Shown here piece after piece: positions 12,800 through 24,174 of a DNA stretch of 64,000 nt. Within the stretch, counting starts at the first letter, position 1; the number at the start of each line of letters is the position of its first letter. The translations under genes were made by a program, and so were the position numbers. The notes under the pieces are model-generated. The model was not told where the DNA came from. It did not search any database and was given only the letters and a program-made list of their open reading frames with translations. The stretch is from Octopus sinensis. Lineage: Eukaryota. Where the stretch lies: contig NC_043003.1 in assembly GCF_006345805.1 (NCBI RefSeq), forward strand, positions 59,334,001 to 59,398,000, written 5' to 3'.

Positions 12800-13140
12800 T
12801 GGAGAGCATCCGGCGTGGTAAGAGGCTTGCTTCGCAACCAAATGGTACTGAGTTCAGTCCCACAACGTGGCACTCTGGCCGAGTGTCACCTAGTGTAGCC
12901 TCGGGCCGACCAAAGTCTTGCGAGTGGACTTAGTAGACGGAAACTGAAAGAAGCCCGTTATAGACATATATATATAGAGGGGGGTATGCCGCTTGACAAT
13001 CGGTGTTCGTGTGTTTACGTTCCTGTAATCTAGCGGTTCGGCCTTAAAAATAAAAGTACTGTGGTCAATTATCCGTTCCAGTCGGTGCTCCAGCATAGCC
13101 GCAGTCTAATGACTGAAACAGTTATAAGAATAAAAGAGCA
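12800..13140 (+). mobile_element. SINE family A
   Basis: Head, body and tail similar to the other copies. Confidence 0.85.
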
Positions 13141-13313
13141 AAAGAATCTACCGAGAGAGAGGTGAAGGAGTAACAGGGAAAGAGAGAGCAAGAAGGGGAA
13201 AGAGAGAGAGAGAGTGAGACCGAGAAATGTTTATAGGTCGTATTTTATTGTTTTGTGTGTAGGTATTATTCAGTATCACCATATGTTCCGATATTGACAT
13301 TAAAATAATCATT

Positions 13314-13480
13314 AAATATTCTTTTCTACTCTAGGCAAAAGGCGGAAATTTTGGGGGAGAGAACTAGTCGATTAGATCGACCCCAGTACGCAACTGGTAC
13401 TTAATTTATCGACCCCGAAATGATGGAAGGCAAAGTCGACCGCGGCGAAATTTGAACTTAGAACGTAAAGACAGACGAAA
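13314..13480 (-). mobile_element. SINE family B (Deu/Nin-like core), 5'-truncated
   Basis: Reverse complement contains ggtcgactttgccttccatcatttcggggtcgataaattaagtaccag, resembling the Deu/Nin SINE central domain. Confidence 0.8.
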
Positions 13481-13874
13481 AATAATTATTGAATATTGTA
13501 ATTAAATGTTATAGATTTGGATACAGTAACTCAAGAAAACATTTAAGTCTCTGCGGTTTGACCTCAAATCAAGTCTGTCAATTGAAATATTTGACACTCC
13601 TACTTGGAGTTGCCGCTGATAAATGGTATCAGAAATTTTAGTCTACGGAAACACCGTTTCCTTGCCTGGACTGTCATCAAATTTTCACTATCATGGAGAT
13701 ATAGGTACCACCCAAAATATTTGTATGTTCAAAATTATCCTAGGTCTGATGTCTCCTGTCGGTAAAGAGAGCTGAATGAAGACAGTTGAAGACAATGTAA
13801 AAGTAATACCTACGTAGGTATCAAGAAACATCTTTTTTCACTGATTTTTGTATGAAATAATACTTGTATGTATA

Positions 13875-14092
13875 TATTTCTTTACTACCCACAAGGGGCT
13901 AAACACAGATGGGACAAACAAGGACAGACAAACGGATTAAGTCGATTACATCGACCCCAGTGCGTAACTGGTAATTAATTGTCGACTCCGAAAGGATGAA
14001 AGGCAAAGTCGACCTCACCGAAATTTGAACTCCGAACGAAATACGGCTACGCATTTCGCCCGGCGTGCTAACGTTTCTGCCAGCTCGCCGGC
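13875..14092 (-). mobile_element. SINE family B, full length
   Basis: Minus strand ggcgagctggcagaaacgttagcacg...gagttcaaatttc head plus Deu/Nin-like core and tail. Confidence 0.85.
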
Positions 14093-14472
14093 TTATAATA
14101 TTTGTATGTATATGTGTGTGTTCGTACACCCCGCCACAACACATGTCGTTCAAATTTACAGAAATTAAAAGACAGGTGTAGGAACAACACACAGTTATAT
14201 GAAGAAAAATATGGTAGTCAGGATTTGGAGAAATATTATGCATTTAACGCTTTCGTCCCTTTCAGAGATCAAATCCTCATTCTTGGTGAATTTCCTGAAA
14301 TATATGAACGAGCTACATAAACAGCTTTTATCCAAAACCAGACTACCTTCTTTTTCTTAATATATATATATATATAGAATCTGTACACAACTTCAAACTG
14401 ATCACCACCTCAAGTGACCTGATCTGAGTTCGTGTGCTGAAGCAAAAACAATTGCAGCATGGAAAAACACAC

Positions 14473-14688
14473 AAGCCATTGAAAAACACACAAAAGCCGT
14501 TCGATTCATTTCAACATTTAATTTTAATTTGTCAAAATATTTTCGCTGCTTTGAAACCGCGACCTGTTCCGTGCAGCATGGAGTTTTGTCAGAGAACAGG
14601 TCGCGGTCTCAAAGCGACGACAATATTTTGACAAATTAAATTTAAATGTTGAAACGAATCTAACGTTTTTTGTGTTTTTAAATGGCTT
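14473..14688. repeat. Fold-back inverted repeat, ~96-bp arms, 24-nt loop
   Basis: 14473-14569 is the near reverse complement of 14594-14688 (e.g. ccgcgacctgttc / gaacaggtcgcgg). Confidence 0.93.
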
Positions 14689-15077
14689 ACTCTTTTTACT
14701 TGTTTCAGTCATTTGACTGCAGCCATGCTGGAGCACTGCCTTTAGTCGAGCAAATTGAACCCAGGACTTATTCTTTGGAAGCCTAGTACTTATTCTATCG
14801 GTCTCTTTTGCAGAAAAGCTTAGTTACGGGGATGTAAACACACCACCATCAGTCGTCAAGCAATGTTGGGGGAGAAACAAAGACACACAAACATATACTC
14901 AGATATACATATATACGACGGGCTTCTTTCAGTTCCCGTCTAGCAAATCCACTCACAAGGCTTTCGTCGGCCCGAGGCTATAGTAGATGGCACTTGCTCA
15001 ATCGCCACGTAGTGGGAATGAACCCGGAACCATGTAGTTGGTAAGCAAACTACTTACCCCACAGCCACTCCTGCGCC
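14689..15077 (-). mobile_element. SINE family A, full length
   Basis: Minus strand starts ggcgcaggagtggctgtgggg...ggttcattccc; tail ends at the fold-back arm. Confidence 0.9.
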
Positions 15078-15601
15078 TAAAAATAAGGTAATAGATGTAA
15101 ATGCATATTTCAAAGTTTATTACTCTTTCATCAGCACTGCATCTAACATTGCATCAAATAAATTATTTGATACTTGTATAAGTGTTTTATTTATGAGATA
15201 TATATTATTCTGGTTATTGAACGTCTTAACAGGTTACCAAAACTTTTTCTCGACTGAAAGTCGCAGCTATGTTTCGTACTTTGGCCGGCAGTCACCACTG
15301 ATGAAGATTCTTGCCTATCAATTAATATACTGTATTTTCAAATAAGATCAATACTTGGTCGAATATGGCAGCAGTGAATCTGAGGTGTAGTTTTGTTTAA
15401 GCTTATTGTGTCAGAATATTCTTTACCATGCTGTACTGGGGTGATGCCAAACTGCTTCAGGAAGGGATTGTGAAGAAACACAGAATATTCTAATATAAGT
15501 GATCCTTATCCTCCTTCGTGTACGCGAAGTTGTAGAGTTTTCCAAGATGTTAAGTCATTATCATGTACCAGGAGATCTCGCTCGCTCTCTTTCTCTTTTT
15601 T

Positions 15602-15650
<49 letters not shown>

Positions 15651-15870
15651 CATCCTTTACTTGTTTCATTCATTAGACTACATCCATCCTGGGGCAGTAG
15701 CTTGAAGAATTTTAGTCGAACGAATCGAACTAATGTCTATTTTCAACCCTGATACTTATCTTATCTGTCTATTTTTGCCGAACCAGGATATGTAAACACA
15801 CCAACACCGGTTGTCAAGCAGTGATTGAGGACAGATGCAGACACAAAGACGCGCACGCACACACACATTG
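15651..15870 (-). mobile_element. SINE family A tail fragment
   Basis: tttacttgtttcattcatt...aacaccggttgtcaagc matches the family A tail. Confidence 0.7.
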
Positions 15871-16023
15871 ACATTAAATTGGCTTTCTTGGAAGTGCTAA
15901 CGCAATATCTACGAGAATGTTGTGATACGAATATAGTTTACGCCAAATATATAGTGGGGTGCTCCAGCATGACCATGTCCGCATAGCTGAAACGAGTAAA
16001 GGTATAAATTGATTTCAACTTTT

Positions 16024-16198
16024 AGCCAGAGACAAGAAATTCTGAGGAAATCTAGAGCTCAACTGCTACTTGTTTTATCGAGCCCGAGTGGATGAATGGC
16101 AATGTCAGCCTCGGGGAAATTTGAACTCAGAACGTCGATGGAAACAACGTCACTAAGCATTATACCCGCAGTGATAACGATCCTGCCAAAGCACCGCC
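16024..16198 (-). mobile_element. SINE family B, diverged
   Basis: aaatttgaactcagaacg...ctaagcatt...gatcctgcc pattern. Confidence 0.65.
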
Positions 16199-16332
16199 AT
16201 GTATAGAGTATATATTGGAAAATTGTCACTATTAAAATTTCTAATTTAAAGATCTTAAATTAAACGTTTGAATTATATTCAAACCTCAAAAATTATAATA
16301 TACACATCGAAACGCATGAATTTCTTTTACAT

Positions 16333-16474
16333 AGGCGATATGATGAATAATAATTTTCTTACTAACCACAGTTTGAGTACGTGGCACCTTGGGAACTGTT
16401 TTCTACTATAGCCTCGGCCGACCAAAGCCTTGTGAGTGGATCTGGTAGACAGAAACTGAAAGAAGCCCGTATAT

Positions 16475-16565
<91 letters not shown>

Positions 16566-16778
16566 TATATATATACATATATATATGTATATGTTTGTGT
16601 GTCTGTGTTTGTCCCCCACCATCGCTAGACAAACCGATGTTGGTGTGTTTATGTCCCCGGAACTTAGCGGTTCGGCAAAAGAGACATAGAATAAGTCTTG
16701 GGGGTTACTTTGTGTCACTAAAGGCGGTGCTCCAACATGGCTGCAGTAAAATGACTGAAACAATTAAAAGAATAAAAG
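16333..16778 (+). mobile_element. SINE family A with expanded internal (TA)n
   Basis: Head and tail separated by ~130 nt of TA repeat. Confidence 0.85.
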
Positions 16779-16896
16779 TATATTTTAATGTGAAACAATG
16801 AAAGAATACAATGACTTCTTCGTTTAAAACGTTTGAAAGTGTAATTACTTTTGAAAGAAAAGTATTTTAAATGTGAAATTTTGAAACTAACGGCCG

Positions 16897-16960
16897 CACT
16901 CGTGACCGAGGAAGGACACTCGTGACCGAGGAAGGACACTCGTGACCGAGGAAGGACACT
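16897..16960. repeat. 20-bp perfect tandem repeat x3.2 (cactcgtgaccgaggaagga)
   Basis: Direct. Confidence 0.95.
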
Positions 16961-17503
16961 ACTGAGCATCACTCTGCATGGAAAATGTCAGCAATGCCCA
17001 CGCGTGAGGTTACTGCACCCGCGATCGTCTTCATCCCGGGTCCCGCCATCGGGCTTCCTTGCTCTCCCCCCCTCCAGCGCCCTCCTAATTGATCAGATAT
17101 AAGGAAATTGACTCGCCGATGATTGCACAACCTGTAAGTTTAGGTCCAATAATTTTGGTTCCACCTCGCAGGCACTCTTCACCTTACTACTATAATCCAG
17201 TGACAAGCCAGGGCAAGATATACAACACCAATAATGGGTCGCTAACTATGATATGTGGGAGTACACGCGAAAGATCTCCAAAATGTACAGTATCATTCCT
17301 AGAGACATGTTTAGTCAAGAGCTAAGAGATGCCTCACAATCAGTGGTCTTTCAGCATGCCAGACACCAACCCGTAATTTCTGAGTGCCTGTGCTATTGCT
17401 GTTTATTCGTTGAACCTACACTAGGGTCATCCGTCCTTTTGTATGCATATGTATACATATATAATATATACATACATATATACATATATACATACATAAA
17501 TAC

Positions 17504-17556
<53 letters not shown>

Positions 17557-17798
17557 CTTTGGAACGGTAGCAGAGAAATCTTCGAAACATGTATCGGAAG
17601 TAAAAGTATTTGAATTATACCTGCGTTAAGCTCCATTTATTTATTTATTTATATATTATACAAAAAATTCCACGTAAACCGAAGTATCTACCTTTGAAAA
17701 CAAGGAGCTACAACCTGTTTAATTGTGCAATTTTTGGCTACCCTGGTAACTATTTATCTATTTTTTCCGTGTTAATTGTTAACAACTGGAAAATACAC

Positions 17799-17872
<74 letters not shown>

Positions 17873-17951
17873 CTCTTATCTTAATAACGGTCAATTACCT
17901 AGTTATTTCCCTTTGTTTAACGGTCATTTTCAAAGCATTTTTGATTGCCCC

Positions 17952-18012
17952 AATAACTGACGGGTAGCAGGAGTAGGTTTCCGCCCCGACATCCGAAACT
18001 CAGAGTTCTATT
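17952..18012 (+). ncRNA. Degenerate hammerhead-like motif
   Basis: AAUAA-CUGACGG...AUCC-GAAA-CUCAGAG-UU-CUAUU; A9 altered and one stem I mismatch; helix III CUC/GAG. Confidence 0.4.
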
Positions 18013-18105
18013 ATATCAACCGAATAATTATCACATATTATATTACAGATAAATTCCTCTATTTACATAATATTGAGGTCTCATTCATTCTTTTACTTTA
18101 CTATT

Positions 18106-18158
<53 letters not shown>

Positions 18159-18249
18159 CGTTTAAACATTTGTTGTGCAAGATTTTTTTATGTGAAGTCG
18201 TGTGTTGAAACAGATATTGTTATATTTCGGAATGGTCATATATATATAT

Positions 18250-19200
18250 TTAAGGATGTTCGGAATGTAATTGCGTTTTACCAGATATGATATAAAAACG
18301 AGTGCAAAATACGTTTATCTGAATAGATTTAATCAAGAATGTAATATCCATCATTGTCAACATCAGCTCCACGAGAAAGTATCCTTTGGATCCGACAATC
18401 AAAAACCTATTTCTTACTCTGAAAAATGACTGAAAAACTGTTTTCAACTATCTCTTTATTTCTGAATGATTTGCCTCTAATAATATGTTATGTTGATCGG
18501 AACAAATGGAAATCCGTATGTCTAAGTCACATGAGTATGGTGGATGTAAGAGAACATCTCATTGTAAACATCCTATATTTATTTGGGTTTGTCTTGAGGA
18601 GTATGGCCGTGCATTGCCATGCTGGAAAATAACACTTTTTTTCCGTTTACCAAAGCTGGTCACTTCCGCCGTAATTTTCCATTTACACGATCAAGTTGTT
18701 GGTAACAGATATCTGTATTGATGGACCTGGTAGCGCGTAACGGGCGATGTTCCAGTAGATTGTAATAGCCGAAACCTGTCATGCTCTACCAAACTCAGGG
18801 CAAGGATTTTTCTGTATGAAGTTCTGGTTTTGGTGTTGGCAATGACCTCTCATTAAATGATAACCGTTGTCGTTTTCGTTTTCTGTTCTGATGCAAAAAA
18901 CCAGTTTTCATCACCTGTAACAATGCACTACAGAAATGATAGGTTGATACTCATTGGTAGAAGACTGCCGTCGATGGTGGAATATTGTGTTCCGTTTTCA
19001 AGTATAAGCTCACGTGGCGCCCAAATTTCCCCACTGCATATTTTCCCATTTTGCGTCAGATTTTCATGGATAGTTGAACATCACACATTAAGGTTTTTGC
19101 GCCAAATCTGTAGCGTATTGATGTAGACCCGATGCAAGATTCTCATTCAAAATGTCGTCATTCAGGGTTGAATGTCTTCTAGAGCGAGACTTGTCGGATA
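18250..19200 (-). mobile_element. Mariner transposon, decayed transposase
   Basis: Minus frames give HPPYS-DL...FHLFRS, IVTGDE-W and WAPRELT-like motifs; 18250-18280 resembles the mariner TIR ttaggttggtgcaaaagtaattgcggtttt. Confidence 0.8.
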
Positions 19201-19741
19201 TGTCTTACACACACACACACACATACACATACACACACACACAAACAGACACACACACACGCACACACGCACACACATGTTAGGGCGTTTGGAATGAAAG
19301 TGTTTACATCCAAAATGGAGACGAACATCATCCCTCCATGGGATCGGGTTGAAATATTGTTAACATATTAAGAAATTTTTCTTAACATGATACAAATGGT
19401 AGCTTTAAGACAAAGATAAAAAGACTTTATCCACCAATGCGGTGCTGAGCACACTTTCTCATTCTTTGACATTTACGTATACATATATGCATATATATAT
19501 ATATATATATATGTATGCCGCTATTTCTCATATATATATATATATGTGTATATATATGCATGCATATACATACATATATATACATATATACATATATATA
19601 CACACATATATGTACATATCAATGCACACACATATATATATACGTATATATACACATGTATATACATATTTACGTATATATATATATATATCGCTATTTC
19701 TCATATATGTATATATATGTATATATATATATATATATTAT

Positions 19742-19778
<37 letters not shown>

Positions 19779-20608
19779 TAATGAGAAATAGCGACACAGA
19801 TGCAAGACAAAATAGAAGCGCACATATAGATAAGTTTTATATATGCTCGCACGCTTGTATGTATTATATATTCGCCCGCCTATAAATGTACCAAATTTAA
19901 ATGTAAAATATTCCATATATATGCATACGAAATTATATACATACGAACACAAGAACAGAAGAACCTACACACACACACACACACACATACACACATAAAC
20001 ATAAAAATATACATATGTATATATACGTATATACATATGTATGTATTTATGTATGTATGCATGTATATATGTAAGTATATATGTATGTACTTTAATGTCC
20101 TCTAGCAGACAAATTGTGCAAGTGAGATAATAACCTCTTCATATTCCGAGGGATTGAAAGTTTCAATTTCAAATTAAAGAACAACGAAAAAGAGGTGTGG
20201 AATACGTATAATATTTTCATGTTTTTTTTTCTGTGTATGCGCTTATTTTGTTTCCACGTTCTAAAAATTTCTAGAATAGGTATTATATTTTCCCACAAAA
20301 CATTTGTAGCATTCCATCAAATATCACACTGCATACACGATCATTTCCTTAGCTTCAATATCTGCTTTCAGTAGTACCACGTTCACTTCGCAATCAGGCC
20401 ATAATCTGAAGACTAGACATTCCTAACTATTTTTAATTATTTTTTTCTTTGTTCATTACCTTAGCAGATGCTACGGCATTTCAGTTTGACAAGTTATAAA
20501 ATGCTACATCTAAAATACATGTTATTTAAAACAAACACTTCAATTTTTTAAGGTAAAATTTGTTTCCCTTCTTCATTCCTGCTGTTTATTTACTTCCGCT
20601 AATTTTAG

Positions 20609-20660
20609 TTTTTCATACAACGAATATTTTAGAAACCATAGAGTTTTCGACTACAAAATG
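20609..20660 (+). CDS. Candidate exon of unidentified gene (FSYNEYFRNHRVFDYKM)
   Basis: ttacttccgctaattttAG acceptor, ATG|GTAAGA donor, open frame; phase-compatible with 20754-20807. Confidence 0.3.
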
Positions 20661-20753
20661 GTAAGATGATTGAAGCAATATTCACAATCTTCTTTATTCT
20701 TACAAATCCTTGTGTTGTTTCTAGCCATCCGCTTCTTACATTCTTGCTTCCAG

Positions 20754-20807
20754 TTGGTCAATTATTCCATATCCACTGTCAAAGAGATAGCGCAACAGAC
20801 CCTCGAG
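20754..20807 (+). CDS. Candidate exon (LVNYSISTVKEIAQQTLE)
   Basis: cttcttacattcttgcttccAG acceptor, GAG|GTACGT donor, 54 nt, phase 0-0. Confidence 0.35.
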
Positions 20808-20939
20808 GTACGTCTTTTGTCACCATAGAAACCGAATATTGATTCGAAATTCAGTTAATGGTTTGTTTCTTGCACAATCTCTTTTCTGTTGTTTCTCTAT
20901 CTACGAATCTTTCGTTTGTTCTTCCTCTTCTGTTTTTCT

Positions 20940-21580
20940 TCCTTTTCCCCCTCCCTTTGTTCTGAATAATAGATATCTCTTCTCTTCGAACAATTTTCTA
21001 GATTGAAGATCAATATGATTAAGAGGTAGTAGCTTAAAAAACAAAGATAAAGGAAGAGAAGAATAGCAGCGGTAGCATCAGCAGCAGCAGCAGTAGCAGA
21101 AGCAGCAGCAAAGACATCCAAAATGAATGGCAGTTTTACCATAATGACAAGAACACAAACAGCAAGATGAAAAAAAAATGGACACGAATAAAGAATGTGT
21201 AAAGGAGGGAGGAGGGGTCTAGGAATGGGAGAAACAAGAAGGGAGTTTTGCTGGTTGAGGTGACGTAGGTGGTGGTTGTGATGGAGAAGGAGGAGGAGGG
21301 GGAACAAGAAGGGAAGAGCGAATTCTAAGAAAGGCGAATTTTGTAGCAAGCAGTAAGATGGTCTCAACGGAAATGTCATACATGATAACGATGATGATGG
21401 CGAAGAAGCACAAGAAAAAGAGGCTGATGATAATGATGCTGATGACGGTGATGATAAAAAATAAGATATTGATGATGATGGTATTGTTCTTGGTGTTGGA
21501 GACGAAGGCGGTGGTAATGTGATGCTGGTGAAGGTGCTGTTGGAGAAGATGATATTGATGATGATGGTGATGATGATGGA

Positions 21581-21619
<39 letters not shown>

Positions 21620-21902
21620 AATGATGATGATGATGACGATGATGATGATGATGATGATGATGATGAAATGGAGGATGAAGAAGGTGACCATGGTGGTAGA
21701 GTAACGGAAGAGATATCGAAAGAGTAGGAGGGAGAGGAGAAAGACAAGAAGAGGAAGAAGAAGGAGGCGGAAAAGAAGAAAAAAATGAAGAAGCAAGAGA
21801 GAGACTTAAGAAGTGAAAGAAAAAGAAACAGAGGTTGGGAGAGACGTAGCAACAGTAGTAGTGGTAGTAGTAGTGGTGGTAGTAGTAGTAGTGGTGGTGG
21901 AG

Positions 21903-21945
<43 letters not shown>

Positions 21946-22900
21946 CAGTAGTAGTGCTGGTGATGGTGATGGAGAAGTAAAAATAAAGACGAAAAGAAGG
22001 AAAAGAAGAAAAAAGGAGGAGAACAAGAAGAAGGAAGAAGAGTAGGAGAATCAGTAGAAGATGGAAGAAGAAAAAAGAAAAGAAAAAAGGAAAAGAAAAG
22101 GAGGATGAAGAGAAGAAAAGAAGAAAAAGAAAAAGGAACAGAAGAAACGGGGAAAAAGAAGAAAATGAAGGAGGAGGAGGGAAAGGAAAAGTAGATGAAA
22201 TAGTTGTACAGCAGCAATTGTGGTAGCATTAGTTATAGTAATGGTTATAGTAGTAGTAGTAGTATTGAAGACAAGGTAGAGGAGAAGGAGAGATAGGGGA
22301 GTAGAAGAAGAAAGAAATAAGAGAGGAAGTACGGAGAGAAGGATGAGGTAATGAAGAAGTAGCGGTGGCAGTAGTAATTATAGTAGTAATAGTAGTATTA
22401 GTAGGAAAATGAGGAGGAGGAAGAGAAGAAAACGAAAAAAAAAGAAGAAAATGGAGGTGGAAGAAGAGAAAGAAAATGGAGGAGGAGAAGGAGGGGAGGA
22501 AGAAGAAGTAAAGAAAAAAATGGAGAAGAAGGGAAAAAGAAAATGAAAGAGGAGGAGAAGAGGAAGGAGAAGAAAAAAGAGAAAGAATATGAAGGAGGAG
22601 GAAAAGAGGAAGAAGAAAAGAAAAAGAAAATGGAAGAGTAAGAAGAGAGGAAGGACGAGAAGAAAAAGAAGTAAGAAGAAAATGAAAGAGGAGCAGGAGA
22701 AGTGAGTTAAAAAGAAAATGGTGGAAGAGGAGAAATGAATAAGAAAAAGAAGAAAATGGAGGAGGAGAAGAAGGAGAAGAAAAAAAAAGGAAGCAGAAGA
22801 AAAGAAAATGGAGTAGGAGGAGGAAAAGAAGGAGGAGGAGAGGAGGAGGAGGAGAAAAGGGAGGAGGAGTAGAAGTGGAAGAAGAAGAAGAAGGGGGGGG
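20940..22900. repeat. Purine-rich low-complexity region (GAT/GAA/GGA/TAG triplet tracts)
   Basis: Direct; source of the poly-H/S/L/I ORFs at 20897-22229. Confidence 0.95.
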
Positions 22901-23455
22901 GACTGGTGGGAAATCTAAATTCTATTAATCACTTCCGACAGACGACATTTTTTTTTCTTATTTCTACTTTTTTGCGCTCTTTTCTGTTGATACTTGATAA
23001 AATTTTGATCGATAATTCATAATAGGATTAGCATAGAATGTTAGAACAGAAATATCAACAACAACAATAACAACAATGGCAACAACAATATTTATGGTTT
23101 CTGTAATGTGTTGTATTAGTTAATACTATGATTGAGAATATTAGTAGTTAATATATTGCAAAATGAACTTATAGATTGTTAATTATTAATGCTAGAATTT
23201 TAAAAAAATAAATGAGTTTTCATTTAACATCTATCATCGTTTTTTTTTAGCGATACAGGTAAATGTGATCATTAAAAGAAGATATAAACAGCGTGGATGT
23301 ACGGTAGCTAACCTTACACATGATTGATATAAATATATATTTTTTTAACGACTGTTTACATTTGACGTTCATGAAATCACCAAAGCAGACCAATGGAAAA
23401 CCGAATTGTATCAAATTTTCATGTAACACCCTCGTTTTTATATTTAAACTTTGTC

Positions 23456-24052
23456 GGCGAGCTGGCAGAGTAGTTTGTACGCCAGGCATTTTATCCGCCT
23501 TTGCGTTCTGACTTCAAATTCGGCGAGATCAACTTTGCCTTTCATCTCTTTTAGACTTGATAAAAGAAGTACCAGTTGAGTACTGGGGCCGATTTAATCG
23601 TCTAACCCACAGTCCCTAATTTCAGGTTGTATGGTATAAAGGATATTCCTTTCTACTCTAAGCACAAGGTCCGAAATTTTAGGGGAGGGGCTAGTGGATT
23701 AAATCGACCCCAGAACGCAACTGGTACTTAATTTTACCGACCCCTAAAGGATGAAAGGCAAAGTCGACCTCGGCGGAATTTGAACTTAGAACGTAAAGAC
23801 AAACGAAATACCTATTTCTTTACTACCCACAAGGGGCTAAACACAGAGAGGACAAACAAAGTCAGACAAACGGATTAAGTCGATTATATCGACCCCAGTG
23901 CGTAACTGGTACTTAGGTACTTATTTAATCGACCCCGAAAGGATGAAAGGCAAAGTCGACCTCGGCGGAATTGGAATTCAGAACGTAGCGGCAGACGAAA
24001 TACCGCTAAGCATTTCGTCCGGCGTGCTAACGAGCCTGCCAGCTCGCCGCCT
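23456..24052. mobile_element. Cluster of three family B SINEs (+ 23456-23645; - 23643-23790; - 23790-24052)
   Basis: Deu/Nin-like core aggcaaagtcgacctcggcggaatt repeated; ggcgagctggcag heads. Confidence 0.85.
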
Positions 24053-24174
24053 TGGTATAAAGGATATTAGCTTCAGTTTAATTTGGAACAGTGTGGTTGG
24101 TTGAATCAATATCAGATACAGTTTTGAACTGAATTCCTGAACTGATTCCTAAGCAGCTTCTTTCGTATTTGTAG

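Noticed and set aside
14155-14320. 72-aa ORF / possible exon KLKDRCRNNTQLYEEKY
   Set aside because: Weak donor and no consistent phase partner; cannot be supported.
14432-14472. GTGTG-CTGAAGC...GAAA-AA-CACAC hammerhead-like string
   Set aside because: A9 altered, no stem II, no UH cleavage triplet.
16897-16960. 20-bp repeats as a CRISPR array
   Set aside because: Head-to-tail with no spacers; eukaryotic context.
17554-17598. TTCC...CTTC-GAAA-CATG-TA-TCGGAA half-hammerhead
   Set aside because: CUGANGA core absent; too degenerate to call.
20897-22229. 299-336 aa ORFs rich in His/Ser/Leu
   Set aside because: Antisense reading of purine-rich triplet low-complexity DNA; no domain structure.
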